Below, piece after piece: positions 47,702 to 56,994 of a stretch of 64,000 bases of DNA. This stretch comes from Candidatus Brocadiia bacterium (lineage in GTDB: Bacteria > Planctomycetota > Brocadiia > CAIUPP01). The stretch's first letter is position 1, and each line of letters begins with the position of its first letter. The notes beneath the pieces were generated by a model. That model was given only the letters and a program-made list of their open reading frames with translations, ran no database searches and had not been told where the DNA came from. The stretch is taken from contig JBEKCB010000009.1 of the NCBI GenBank assembly GCA_050015075.1, positions 64,001-128,000 of the forward strand. Direction: 5' to 3'. The position numbers and the translations under genes are program-made.

Positions 47702-48592
47702 CTACGGCCCCTGCTTGCCGGCGCCCGGCGTCGCCTTCCTCACGCACCTGAAGCCATAGGTCTCGTAGCCGAAGCACACGTCCGCAAAACCGGGCGACTC
47801 CGCCGATCGCGCGCTTGACCGGCACTGGCCGGCAGCGCTCCGCCAGTTCCCGCCGCGAAGCACCCGCTTCTCGCCGGTCGCCGGCCCTCGCGGATCGTCC
47901 CCGCCGGACCGCCGATAGGCATCTTCCGCGTAGAAGTCGTTGCACCACTCCGAGACGTTCCCATGCATGTCGTGCAGGCCCCACGCGTTCGGCCGCTTCT
48001 GGCCCACGGGATTGGTCGTCTCGCCGGAGTTCTCCTTGAACCAGCCGTAGTCGCGCAGCAGCACCGAATCGTTTCCGAAGGAGTAATCCGTCGTGCTCCC
48101 GGCGCGGCACGCGTACTCCCATTCCGCCTCGGTCGGAAGTCGATAGCCGTCCGCATCGAAGTTGCACGCCATCGTCTCCAGGTCGTAGCAGGGCTTGAGC
48201 CCTTCCTTCAGCGACCTCATGTTGCAGTACTTGACCGCCGCCAGCCAGCTGACCCTCTCCACCGGTTTATCCGGGCCTTTGAACTTGGACGGGTTCGTCC
48301 CCATCAGTCCTTCGAAGGACTTCTGCGTCACCTCGAATCTGTCCATGCAGAAGCCGCCCACGTGCACCCGGTGCGCCGGCTTCTCGTCCTCTTCGCCGCG
48401 ATCGTTCCCCATGAGAAAATCGCCCGCCGGAACGAGGACCATCTCGATCCCGCTCGCGGTCCGGATGGATTGGACGGGCGTCGCCGGCGAGTTGTCCTTC
48501 TTCTGACAGCCGCAATTGACCAGGCAGGCCAGCAGCAACGCCGCTCCCGCCGGCATGACCGCGGCGCAGCGTCGCATCTCGACGAGCTTCAT
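47702..48592 (-). CDS. SUMF1/FGE-sulfatase domain lipoprotein
   Basis: Lipobox-like NCGC, F.MG, E.P.H.V, RLPTEAEWEYACRAG, PNAWGLHDMHGNV.EW, RGG.W, GFRC. Confidence 0.9.
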   Translation of the reverse strand: MKLVEMRRCAAVMPAGAALLLACLVNCGCQKKDNSPATPVQSIRTASGIEMVLVPAGDFLMGNDRGEEDEKPAHRVHVGGFCMDRFEVTQKSFEGLMGTNPSKFKGPDKPVERVSWLAAVKYCNMRSLKEGLKPCYDLETMACNFDADGYRLPTEAEWEYACRAGSTTDYSFGNDSVLLRDYGWFKENSGETTNPVGQKRPNAWGLHDMHGNVSEWCNDFYAEDAYRRSGGDDPRGPATGEKRVLRGGNWRSAAGQCRSSARSAESPGFADVCFGYETYGFRCVRKATPGAGKQGP

Positions 48593-48596
48593 GGCC

Positions 48597-50942
48597 TCAG
48601 TACCTCGGCCATTCGTGGAAGGACGGCCTGCGCAGCACTTCCTGGCTTCGTTTGCGGACCTCCTTGGCCAGCTCCACCATCCGGATATCCGTCGCGAGCG
48701 CGAGCCCCGCCTGCTGGCGCAGCACCTTCACCGCCTGCCGGCACTCGCCCGCCAGTTCGTCCTGGCTGCCGCCGATCACCACCAGCGCGCTCGTGAACTC
48801 CTTGCACGCGTCCAGCGCCTGCGGACTTTCGTCGGTCAGGTGCGCCTTCCGGAAGGCGTCCACGAGTTCCTGCGTCTGGTCGGGCGTCTTGATGTTCTCC
48901 CTCAGCCGGTTGTACCTCTCGTCAATGACTCGGGTCAGCCGCTCCAGTTCCGCGACCTGCGGGGCCAGCTCGGGATGCGCTTTCCCGTACTCGTCCAGGT
49001 ACTTTGACATATCATGTCCGAAGGTCACGTACGTCTCGACCCGGCTGCGGATGAATCGCACGAAGAGCATGACATCGGTGAGCGCCTGCTCGATCTCCGC
49101 CTTGCGCGGCCCCTGCTGATGCTGCTCGTAAATCGGCGTGAGGGTGTCCCGGCACGCGCACGTCGCAATTCCCATGGAGTGCGCGCGCTGCCCTTCCACG
49201 TCCAGCACGTACTCGCACGGTCCCACGCCCAGCGTCGCGCGCACCACGTCCACCACCGTGTAAGCGTCCAGCGGCGTGCCGCCCAGCCTCATGATCGGAT
49301 AGATCAACGTCGGTCCCTGAAACCGTGCGCGCTGCCTGAAGGGCTGCGGCTGCAGGTTCCCGCGGCCGTCCTTATCTATCCAGCACGGATAGAGGAAATC
49401 GCCGAGCACCGTCGCCCATCTCGTGCGGTCGGCCGGGACTTCGTCCATGCCGCGGAACCAGCCGTACTTGGCGAAAGCCCCGTCCGGGCGCTCCATGATC
49501 ATCTCCCAACTGTCCGCCAGCCGGTCGGTCCTGTGCCAGTCCACCCGCCAGACCGCCGGATAAGGCTGTTTCCAGTCCAGCGGAATCACCTTCTTCATGT
49601 CCGCCTGGCTGATGTCCCGCACGTGCCATATCTGCGGCGCCGTCATCACCGCGACCCACACGTTCCCCTTGGCGCCATACTGGATCTCCGCGCCGTCAAT
49701 CCTCTTGGCCGCGTCCTGCCCACTCAGCGTGACGGCCACGTCCTCGTCCTGCTCGGTCCATACGCTCATCAGCAGCGCATCGTTCCCCTCCAGCATCTCC
49801 AGCAGGAAGTTCTCGCTCGGCAACTCCGCCCGCGCGACCGGCAGCTCCGTCGCGTCCAGCATAATGTCGTCTGCAAAGAAGTCCGGCATCACCGCGAAGC
49901 GGCACACAGCCTCCACCCGCAGGGCGCGGACGCCTTCCTTCGGCTCCGTCTTGACGTAAAGCTGGCCGATCTTGAGTTCGTACCCCACGCCCAGCGGTTT
50001 CCCCTCCGCCTGGAACGCCGCCTCGACCTTCACGTCTCCCGGGTTATTTTCCACGACTTTGACCGACGAGAGTTGTATCTTGGCGGGATCCGTCGGCCCC
50101 TGGCCGACCGGGACCAGCGCCGCTCGTTCCTTCCAGCCCTCGGGTCCCGCCGAATACAACTCCGCCCCGTGGCCGGCCCGTCTCAGCACCACCGCAACTC
50201 GATTGTTCTGGAAGACCGCGTCGCCGGCGAACTCGTGCTTGACCTGGTCCTCGGGCAATTGCGTCCAGCCGCTCTTCTGCGACAGCGCCGCCGCGGAAAG
50301 GGGATCGGCGGAAGCCGCGCCGGTGTCGAACAGCCGCACTCCAGCGTCCGCCGCCACCGTCTGCGCTTCCTTCTGATACGCGACATACTCTCCCTCGTAC
50401 AGCCGCGCGCCGTCCAGCCGGAACCGGCTCTTCGCCTGGCCGCAGGACACGAAGGCGAACCAGCCTTCGGGGTATGCCTTGTCCACCTTGAACGTAATGT
50501 GCAGTTCTGTCCACTGGTTCTTCTGCAGAGCGACCGGCCCGCTCTGACCGGGCGCATCCCACGGTTCCGCGTTGCGCTCCACTCTCAGGCCGACCGCCGC
50601 CGGCCCTTCCACGGCCTTGGCCAGAACCGCAAACGTGTACGTTCCGCCCACCCGCCCGGCCGGAACTTTCTGCCCCAGTTGCACTCCGTAGCCGGCCACC
50701 TTGTCCACCGTCACCAACGCGCTGAACTCGCAGTCGCGCGCGTCGTCCTTATCCACCGTGAAACGCGCCTCGCAGCCGTCTGCCGAATCCATCTCCCACG
50801 GATCCGCCCCCATCTCGAAGCTCGGGTTCGCCAGAAGGTTCTTGGGCCTTTGCGCATCCGCCGCCAAGGCCAGCCCCGCCGCCCCGGCCAGCACGACAAA
50901 AGCCGCCAAGACCATCCGGCCGCTCCAGCTATTCCGAGCCAT
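48597..50942 (-). CDS. Secreted hypothetical protein: CBM4/9-like N-terminal domain plus an unknown core paralogous to 50929-52701
   Basis: Signal peptide ending ALA-A, NLLANPSFE jelly-roll start, and many motifs shared with the neighbouring gene. AAGGAG RBS. Confidence 0.75.
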   Translation of the reverse strand: MARNSWSGRMVLAAFVVLAGAAGLALAADAQRPKNLLANPSFEMGADPWEMDSADGCEARFTVDKDDARDCEFSALVTVDKVAGYGVQLGQKVPAGRVGGTYTFAVLAKAVEGPAAVGLRVERNAEPWDAPGQSGPVALQKNQWTELHITFKVDKAYPEGWFAFVSCGQAKSRFRLDGARLYEGEYVAYQKEAQTVAADAGVRLFDTGAASADPLSAAALSQKSGWTQLPEDQVKHEFAGDAVFQNNRVAVVLRRAGHGAELYSAGPEGWKERAALVPVGQGPTDPAKIQLSSVKVVENNPGDVKVEAAFQAEGKPLGVGYELKIGQLYVKTEPKEGVRALRVEAVCRFAVMPDFFADDIMLDATELPVARAELPSENFLLEMLEGNDALLMSVWTEQDEDVAVTLSGQDAAKRIDGAEIQYGAKGNVWVAVMTAPQIWHVRDISQADMKKVIPLDWKQPYPAVWRVDWHRTDRLADSWEMIMERPDGAFAKYGWFRGMDEVPADRTRWATVLGDFLYPCWIDKDGRGNLQPQPFRQRARFQGPTLIYPIMRLGGTPLDAYTVVDVVRATLGVGPCEYVLDVEGQRAHSMGIATCACRDTLTPIYEQHQQGPRKAEIEQALTDVMLFVRFIRSRVETYVTFGHDMSKYLDEYGKAHPELAPQVAELERLTRVIDERYNRLRENIKTPDQTQELVDAFRKAHLTDESPQALDACKEFTSALVVIGGSQDELAGECRQAVKVLRQQAGLALATDIRMVELAKEVRKRSQEVLRRPSFHEWPRY

Positions 50943-52701
50943 CGTTTCGCTCCTTATGTATGGGGGCTTCCTTGCGAAGCCCGGACTGAGCCAGCTTTTT
51001 AACCGTGTCCGCAAAGTTCGCAGCCGTCCCCTGCGCGCCTCTGCACAACTGTATGACCTGCCGCAAAATCATTCGGCACCGCGCCAGGGAACTGTCCTGA
51101 GTCGCGCCCAGCGCGCGCACTTTTACCATCTCCTGCTGCCATTCGTCCGCGCCGCACTCCTTCTCAGCCAGCGCGAGGACCTCCTGGGTCACCTGCTCCG
51201 CCGACCGGTGAATGTTTTCATCCTCTCCGACCGCGCGCCGCATTTCCCCCAGCAGCTTCAGCACCTCCTGCGCCAGCGGACCATTCGGTCCCGGGTCGGC
51301 GCAAGCTGATTGTATACTATCCGCCAGTTTTCCGTAATCCCTGATCCGGCCCTGGACCTCCTCGATGTGACGCGTCATCCGGCCGAGCCGCTCCCGCAGC
51401 GCCGCCGATTCCTTCTTCAGCTTCCCTTTTCGGAACTGCTCCTCCATCCACCGGCTGACCAAGTCAGGCGTCGCCGGATATTCCGTCCCCATCCCTTCGG
51501 CCTCGAGAACATACTGACACGGACCGGTGCCCAGTGCGCTGCGCATGACGTCGTTGATGCAGAACGCCGTCAGCGGCGTTGCCGGGCTGCGGTCAATGGG
51601 ATAGACCACCAGCGTCGTCTCACCCGCGGAGGCTGTCGCGCTCGTCTCCGCCGGCGACGGTCGGACAAATCGCACGAACGCCCGCTCCCGATCGAACCAG
51701 CATCGCGCCGCATCCGCGCTTGCGCCGGGGGCATCCGCGAAACTGCTCGAATGTGCAAGCCCGTCCGAGCCGGCCGCGTCGCATCGCCACTGCGCCGCGA
51801 AAGGCCGTCTCCACGCCAGCTCCACCTCGCCGGTCTCCCCCACCGCAATCTTCCGGCTGTGCCAGATGCCCGGCCCCTCCAGAAGAGCGACCCAGAGGCT
51901 CTTCCCCGGCGCGCACTCGATCTCGACGCCTTGGAATGATGCCTTCTCGCCGGTTCCTTCCATGATCGCGTCCACGTCGGCTTGCCCGTATTTCCAGACG
52001 CACGCTGTGATCGCATCGCCCTCGCCCGTGAGGTTGACCAGGCAGTTCTCCGCAGGCAGCCCGACCCGCGACCGGCCCGAGCTCCCTGCGCTGACCACGA
52101 CGTCATCCGCGAAGTAATCCGGGACCACGACGTGCTTGATCTCCTGTTCGATGCGCAGCCTCTCCGCCCCTTTTCCCGGACGCACCTCCACCAGGTTCGC
52201 GCCCGTTGTCAGGCGGTACGCGACCGCAGCCGTACTCCCCGCCTTGGACTTGAAGGCGCACTCCAGGGCGACCGCGGCAAAGCTGTTCTCGGAAATCCTG
52301 AGACCCGCGAGCGTCATTTCCACGCCATCGCCGACAGGCGCCAGCACGGCCCGCAGTCTCAGACCTTGCCCACTTCTTGAGTAGAGGCTCGCGCCGGCCC
52401 CGTTCGGGGATACAACCAGCGCCAGCTTGTCGTTGACGACCACCGCATCCCCGGCGAACGAGTGCGTCGTGACATCCTCCGCCACCGCGGCCCAGCCCTC
52501 GCTTGCCGAGAGACCGGCGGCGGTGAGAGGCCCTGAGAGCGCAACCCCGGTGTCGAAAAGTCGCGTGAAAGGCCCCGTGATCTCGGCAGCTTTGGGCGCA
52601 GCCGCCGGCACCGGCTGACGATGGCATCCCGCCGGAATGGCTGCTGCAGCCGCCGCCAGGGCCAACAGCAGAATGATCCTTTTGCAACCGCCGTCTGCCA
52701 C
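50929..52701 (-). CDS. Hypothetical lipoprotein, paralog of 48597-50942
   Basis: Lipobox IPAGC; RLFDTG, FAGDAV, PDYFADD, LGTGPCQYVLEAEG. Confidence 0.75.
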   Translation of the reverse strand: MADGGCKRIILLLALAAAAAAIPAGCHRQPVPAAAPKAAEITGPFTRLFDTGVALSGPLTAAGLSASEGWAAVAEDVTTHSFAGDAVVVNDKLALVVSPNGAGASLYSRSGQGLRLRAVLAPVGDGVEMTLAGLRISENSFAAVALECAFKSKAGSTAAVAYRLTTGANLVEVRPGKGAERLRIEQEIKHVVVPDYFADDVVVSAGSSGRSRVGLPAENCLVNLTGEGDAITACVWKYGQADVDAIMEGTGEKASFQGVEIECAPGKSLWVALLEGPGIWHSRKIAVGETGEVELAWRRPFAAQWRCDAAGSDGLAHSSSFADAPGASADAARCWFDRERAFVRFVRPSPAETSATASAGETTLVVYPIDRSPATPLTAFCINDVMRSALGTGPCQYVLEAEGMGTEYPATPDLVSRWMEEQFRKGKLKKESAALRERLGRMTRHIEEVQGRIRDYGKLADSIQSACADPGPNGPLAQEVLKLLGEMRRAVGEDENIHRSAEQVTQEVLALAEKECGADEWQQEMVKVRALGATQDSSLARCRMILRQVIQLCRGAQGTAANFADTVKKLAQSGLRKEAPIHKERNDGSE

Positions 52702-52713
52702 TGGGAAACTCCT

Positions 52714-53619
52714 CTACTTCCAGTCCGGATACATGTCCGATCCGCCTTCGGTCAGCCGCGTCGGCTCACCGCCCTGCGCAGACACCGTGTACAACTCCCA
52801 CGGACCGCTCGGCGACGCCGCCTGGCAGAATACCAGCCGGCTGCCGTCCGGGCTCCACCGCGCAAGGCGCTGCACTCCGCCGTAATAGGTCACGGTGCGG
52901 TTGTGCGTCCCATCCGGATTGATCGTGCACAGGTTGGTCTCGGTCTCATAGACGATCTTCGCGCCGTCCGGCGACCAGTGCGGCTGGCATGCCCCCTGTT
53001 CGCCGAAGACCTTCCTCGGCTCGCCGCCCTCCGCCGACATAACGTACACGCCGTTCCCCGCTTCCCATCGGCACGCAAACGCGATCTCACCGCCCTTGGG
53101 ACTCCACGCCGGCCCTGAGCAGTGCGGCCAGTTCTCGGGCGAGAGCGCCTTCTCCGCGCCGCCGGCGAGGTCGCGCCTGAATATCCTCTCGCTCCTCCGG
53201 AAGACGATGCTCTTCCCGTCGGGCGCCCATCCGGCCTGGTCGCCGTCGCAGAGCCGCTCGGTCTTCTCCGTCGCAATCGTCATCCGCCAGACGCCCGAGT
53301 TCCCGCCGCGCGTTGACGTGAACAAAATGCTCGCGCCGTCCGGGCTGAACGCCGGGTCCACGTCCGCGTCATCCGGCCCGCCCTGGGTCAACTGCCTCAT
53401 CCCCGTTCCGTCCGGCTGAATCGTCCAGAGCCTCCACTGCCCTGACCGGTCGCTGGAGAACACGATCAACGGGCTCCGGTCGGGCGACGCCGGCGTTGCG
53501 GCCGCCGAGGACGGTTCTTTCGGGCTTCCCTGCGGAGCCGCGTCGCGGCGCGTGCATCCCCAGATCAGCGCGGCGGCCAGCGCCAGTCCGATCATGACGC
53601 GTATTGTCACGGTTCTCAT
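52714..53619 (-). CDS. TolB-like (PD40 repeat) beta-propeller lipoprotein
   Basis: Lipobox IWGC. Repeated (W/F)SPDG..I.F motifs. Ends YPDWK. Confidence 0.85.
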   Translation of the reverse strand: MRTVTIRVMIGLALAAALIWGCTRRDAAPQGSPKEPSSAAATPASPDRSPLIVFSSDRSGQWRLWTIQPDGTGMRQLTQGGPDDADVDPAFSPDGASILFTSTRGGNSGVWRMTIATEKTERLCDGDQAGWAPDGKSIVFRRSERIFRRDLAGGAEKALSPENWPHCSGPAWSPKGGEIAFACRWEAGNGVYVMSAEGGEPRKVFGEQGACQPHWSPDGAKIVYETETNLCTINPDGTHNRTVTYYGGVQRLARWSPDGSRLVFCQAASPSGPWELYTVSAQGGEPTRLTEGGSDMYPDWK

Positions 53620-54776
53620 CTGTCTGTTCCTTGCACTGACTTCTCGGCTGTCGGCTGGAGGAGCCGCGAGAACGGCTCGCTCGCCAGCAACTCGCGTCCC
53701 AGCATCGCATATCCCTCGCGCAGCGGATGGCTGGCATCCGCATAATACTCGCTGGGCAGCACGGGAGGCGTGAAATACAGCACGCCGTTCTCGCGCAGCC
53801 ACTGCCCCACCTCGCTCACCACGCGATGATAGCCATCGCGGCTCCGCGGCGTGAGCATGTATTCGTTGAGCGGGCCCACCGCCACCAGCAGCGTGTCGCC
53901 CCGGCGGCGGAGCATCTCCACCGAATCCTGGAACGCGCGCCATTGCAGCGACTCCTCCAGCGCAACCCACGGGAAGTCCTGCACCGTCGCCCCGCGCTCT
54001 TTCCACGACAGGTTCACGTGTCTCGCCGGGTCGTCCTCCTCGCCGCGCCTCACGGACACTACGAGGGGATTGGCGTACGGATTCTTCAGCGTCCACCGGG
54101 CCAGGTCCGCGCCGCCGAGGCATTCCCAGCGCCAGTGCCGCACCCAGGGCCGGAACGGCAGCAGGCGTTCCGCCTCAATCGCCAGCCTGTCGGCATAGGA
54201 TGCCTTGTACGCCGGGATCTCCAGCGAGAATTGCGGCAGAAGTTCCGGGTGGTTGAAACGAAACTCCTTTCCCGCTCGCAGGTCGTGCTCCCGCGACGCC
54301 ATCCAGAGCGGATTGAAGTGCAGGATGACCCGCGAGTTGGATATTCCTCCGCCGTACCACTCCAGGAGGCCGCGCTGCGCCACCGGGTACATCCCGTCCA
54401 CGCCCAAGTTCGCAAACCTCTTCTCGCCGGCCGGCGCACCGAGGTAGTGCGACAGCGTCTCATCGGCGGCGACGTATTCGCCCCAGACCACCGAATCGCC
54501 GACGACCAGCGTCTTCGATTCCGACGCCGCCAGCCGACTGTATCGCTCGAACAGCCAGTAGTCGTTGCTCATCTCATACGGGACTCGGTAGTCCGGACCC
54601 GGCCGGAAAGTCTCCAGCCGTCGCCCGATGACCGGCAGGGCCGCCAGCACCGCCAGCACGACCGCTGCGACCCACATCCATTGCCGCAGCGACAGCGGCA
54701 TCTCCACCGAGCCGTACAGCGCCTCCTCGCGCCTGAGTTCGGCCGTCTTCTCCGGGGCCTGAACGCTGGAGGTCAT
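53616..54776 (-). CDS. Membrane-anchored SGNH-fold protein (DltD/AlgJ/PatB-like acyl-transfer partner)
   Basis: One TM helix, VVGDSV (block I), NLGVDG (block II), HFNP (block III), DASH (DxxH, block V). Confidence 0.75.
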   Translation of the reverse strand: MTSSVQAPEKTAELRREEALYGSVEMPLSLRQWMWVAAVVLAVLAALPVIGRRLETFRPGPDYRVPYEMSNDYWLFERYSRLAASESKTLVVGDSVVWGEYVAADETLSHYLGAPAGEKRFANLGVDGMYPVAQRGLLEWYGGGISNSRVILHFNPLWMASREHDLRAGKEFRFNHPELLPQFSLEIPAYKASYADRLAIEAERLLPFRPWVRHWRWECLGGADLARWTLKNPYANPLVVSVRRGEEDDPARHVNLSWKERGATVQDFPWVALEESLQWRAFQDSVEMLRRRGDTLLVAVGPLNEYMLTPRSRDGYHRVVSEVGQWLRENGVLYFTPPVLPSEYYADASHPLREGYAMLGRELLASEPFSRLLQPTAEKSVQGTDR

Positions 54777-54795
54777 GCCGTCGCGCCCTCTCCTA

Positions 54796-54866
54796 AGAAA
54801 ATGCGCGCCCGGCGCGCATTTTCTATTCATGCACCAGCCGCGCAGCCGTTAGCGCGGCTAATGTGC
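54796..54866 (+). repeat. 71-bp dispersed double-hairpin element, copy 2
   Basis: Near-identical to 43148-43218. Confidence 0.9.
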
Positions 54867-56243
54867 TCAGAACTGGAAATAGATGAACGGCCGGTCGCTC
54901 GATCCCACCATCGTCGCCAGGTAGAGGACCATGCACGCCGCCATCCCCGCCTGCACCGGCGCAAGCTGCAGCGCCCAGCGCGCCCGCGACTCATACAAAT
55001 GCTGGTACAGCCACACCATCAGGACCAGCATCGCCGCCAGCAACGGGAACGCCGGGTCCACCCACTGCGGGTTGAAGATCCTCGAGATAATCACCTTCGC
55101 GTCGCCCATCGAGCGCGCCCGGAAGAAAATCCACGCGAACGTGACGAAGCCGTACACCAGCATCTGCTTGACGAACTTCGGCACGCGCTCCATCCAGAAG
55201 GCCGTCCCTTCCAGCTCTCGCGTGAACACCCGCCCCAGCGCGTGCAGCGCGCCCCAGATGACGAACATCCACGTCGCCCCGTGCCACACTCCCGAGATGA
55301 GCATGGTCAGGCACATGTTCCTGTAGGTCTTCAGCGTTCCTTCACGGTTTCCGCCCATGGGGATGTACACGTAGTCCTTGAACCAGCTCGACAGGCTGAT
55401 GTGCCACCGCGACCAGAAATCCCCCAGGCCCTGCGCCAGGTACGGATGGTTGAAGTTGAGCATCAGCTTATAGCCCATCACCCGCGCGATCCCGCGGGCC
55501 ATGTCCGTATATCCGCTGAAGTCGAAGTAGATCTGCCACCCGAACGCCGCCGTCGCCAGCAGCAGCGCCGGGCCCTGGTACTGCCCCGGCGCGCCATAGA
55601 CCTTGTCCACGTAAAGCGCCAGGTAGTCCGCCAGCGCCACCTTCTTGAACAAGCCCACCAGGAAGAGCGACAGCCCGTCCGTCACGTCCGCCTGCGTGAT
55701 CTTCTGTTCCTGCTGCAACTGCGGCAGGAGGTTCGACGCCCGCTGGATCGGCCCGGCCACCAGTTGCGGGAACAGGGACACGAACGTGGCGAACCGCACG
55801 AACCGCGGCTCCGGCTGGATGCGGCCGCGGTAGCAGTCTATGGTGTAACTCATGGACTGAAAGGTGTAGAACGATATGCCGACCGGCAGCAGCCAGTTCG
55901 GCACGGGGATGACGTGCTGGCCGCCCATCGCCGCCAGCAGCGCGTTCAGGTTCTCCGTCAGGAACCCGGCGTACTTGAACGTGGCCAGCAGGCACAGGTT
56001 GTTGGTCACCGCCAGCGCCAGCCACCGTTTCCGGTGCGGGCTCTTCACCATCCGCAGCACGACGAAGTAGTCCACCACGGTCGAGTAGCTGATGAGCAGC
56101 AGGTACAGCGGGTTCCACCAGCCGTAGAACACGTACGACGACAGCAGCAGCCAGTAGTCCCTCAGACGGGTGCCCTTGACCGCCAGGTAGACCGGGTAGA
56201 ACACCAGAAAGAATGCGGCGAAGACCCAGGTGTGAAAAAGCAT
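54867..56243 (-). CDS. MBOAT family O-acyltransferase (AlgI/DltB/PatA-like)
   Basis: LPVGISFYTFQ.MSY.ID.YR, FPQLVAGPI, QIYFDFSGY, FWSRWHISLS.W..DY.YIP.GG, G.WHGA. Confidence 0.95.
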   Translation of the reverse strand: MLFHTWVFAAFFLVFYPVYLAVKGTRLRDYWLLLSSYVFYGWWNPLYLLLISYSTVVDYFVVLRMVKSPHRKRWLALAVTNNLCLLATFKYAGFLTENLNALLAAMGGQHVIPVPNWLLPVGISFYTFQSMSYTIDCYRGRIQPEPRFVRFATFVSLFPQLVAGPIQRASNLLPQLQQEQKITQADVTDGLSLFLVGLFKKVALADYLALYVDKVYGAPGQYQGPALLLATAAFGWQIYFDFSGYTDMARGIARVMGYKLMLNFNHPYLAQGLGDFWSRWHISLSSWFKDYVYIPMGGNREGTLKTYRNMCLTMLISGVWHGATWMFVIWGALHALGRVFTRELEGTAFWMERVPKFVKQMLVYGFVTFAWIFFRARSMGDAKVIISRIFNPQWVDPAFPLLAAMLVLMVWLYQHLYESRARWALQLAPVQAGMAACMVLYLATMVGSSDRPFIYFQF

Positions 56244-56395
56244 TCCCGCTCCTGAAACCTTCTCCCGTCGGCGACGTCCGTTTGGAGTTCACATTGTGAC
56301 GATGGAGGTCGTCTTCGTCAAGCCGCCCCGTATTGCCTTCGGTGAAGACGCGTGGCATACTGACCGAAAACCATTGGCTGCGGGGACGTTGCATC

Positions 56396-56959
56396 ATGGT
56401 CGAGATGGTGAAAGTCAGCAAGGCGGCGCAGATTAGAGCGGTAGCCGACCTGGCCCGTGAGATCTGGAACGAGCACTTCGTTCCGATCATCGGACAGGAC
56501 CAGGTGGATTACATGCTCGAACGGTTCCAGAGCGCGCCGGCGATCCATGAACAGATCGCCGCCGGCTACGAATACTATCTTGTGCGCGACCGCGGGCGGT
56601 ACGCGGGGTATTTCGCCCTGGTGCCCGCCCGGAAGAAACGCACCGCGCAGCTCAGCAAAATTTACGTGCGCCACGCGCGGCGCGGGCGCGGCCTGGGCAA
56701 GGCGATCATCGCGTTTGCCGACGCCTACTGCGCCGAGAGGGGCATCCGCAGTCTGTGGCTGACGGTCAACCGGCACAACGCAGGTTCCATCGCCTTCTAC
56801 GAGCGCATGGGCTTCAGCAAGGCGGAGAGACTTGTCCGGAAGATCGGCCGCGGCTTTGTGATGGACGACTACAGAATGGTCAAGAGGCCTTTGGACGCGC
56901 AGTCCTCACAGCGTGGAGGCGCTCGAGGGCTGCGCGCACGCCGGCCAAGTTCGCCGTGA
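56396..56959 (+). CDS. GNAT family N-acetyltransferase
   Basis: LSKIYV....RGRGLG, LTVNRHN..SI.FY...GF, GFVMDDY.M. Confidence 0.88.
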   Translation: MVEMVKVSKAAQIRAVADLAREIWNEHFVPIIGQDQVDYMLERFQSAPAIHEQIAAGYEYYLVRDRGRYAGYFALVPARKKRTAQLSKIYVRHARRGRGLGKAIIAFADAYCAERGIRSLWLTVNRHNAGSIAFYERMGFSKAERLVRKIGRGFVMDDYRMVKRPLDAQSSQRGGARGLRARRPSSP

Positions 56960-56994
56960 GGGCATGAAGGCGTTTCAAGCGAAGGTGCGGCCGG

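Noticed and set aside
47702-48592. True formylglycine-generating enzyme
   Set aside because: It lacks the FGE catalytic C-x4-C..YR segment and no sulfatase is adjacent. It is treated as a SUMF1-fold domain only.
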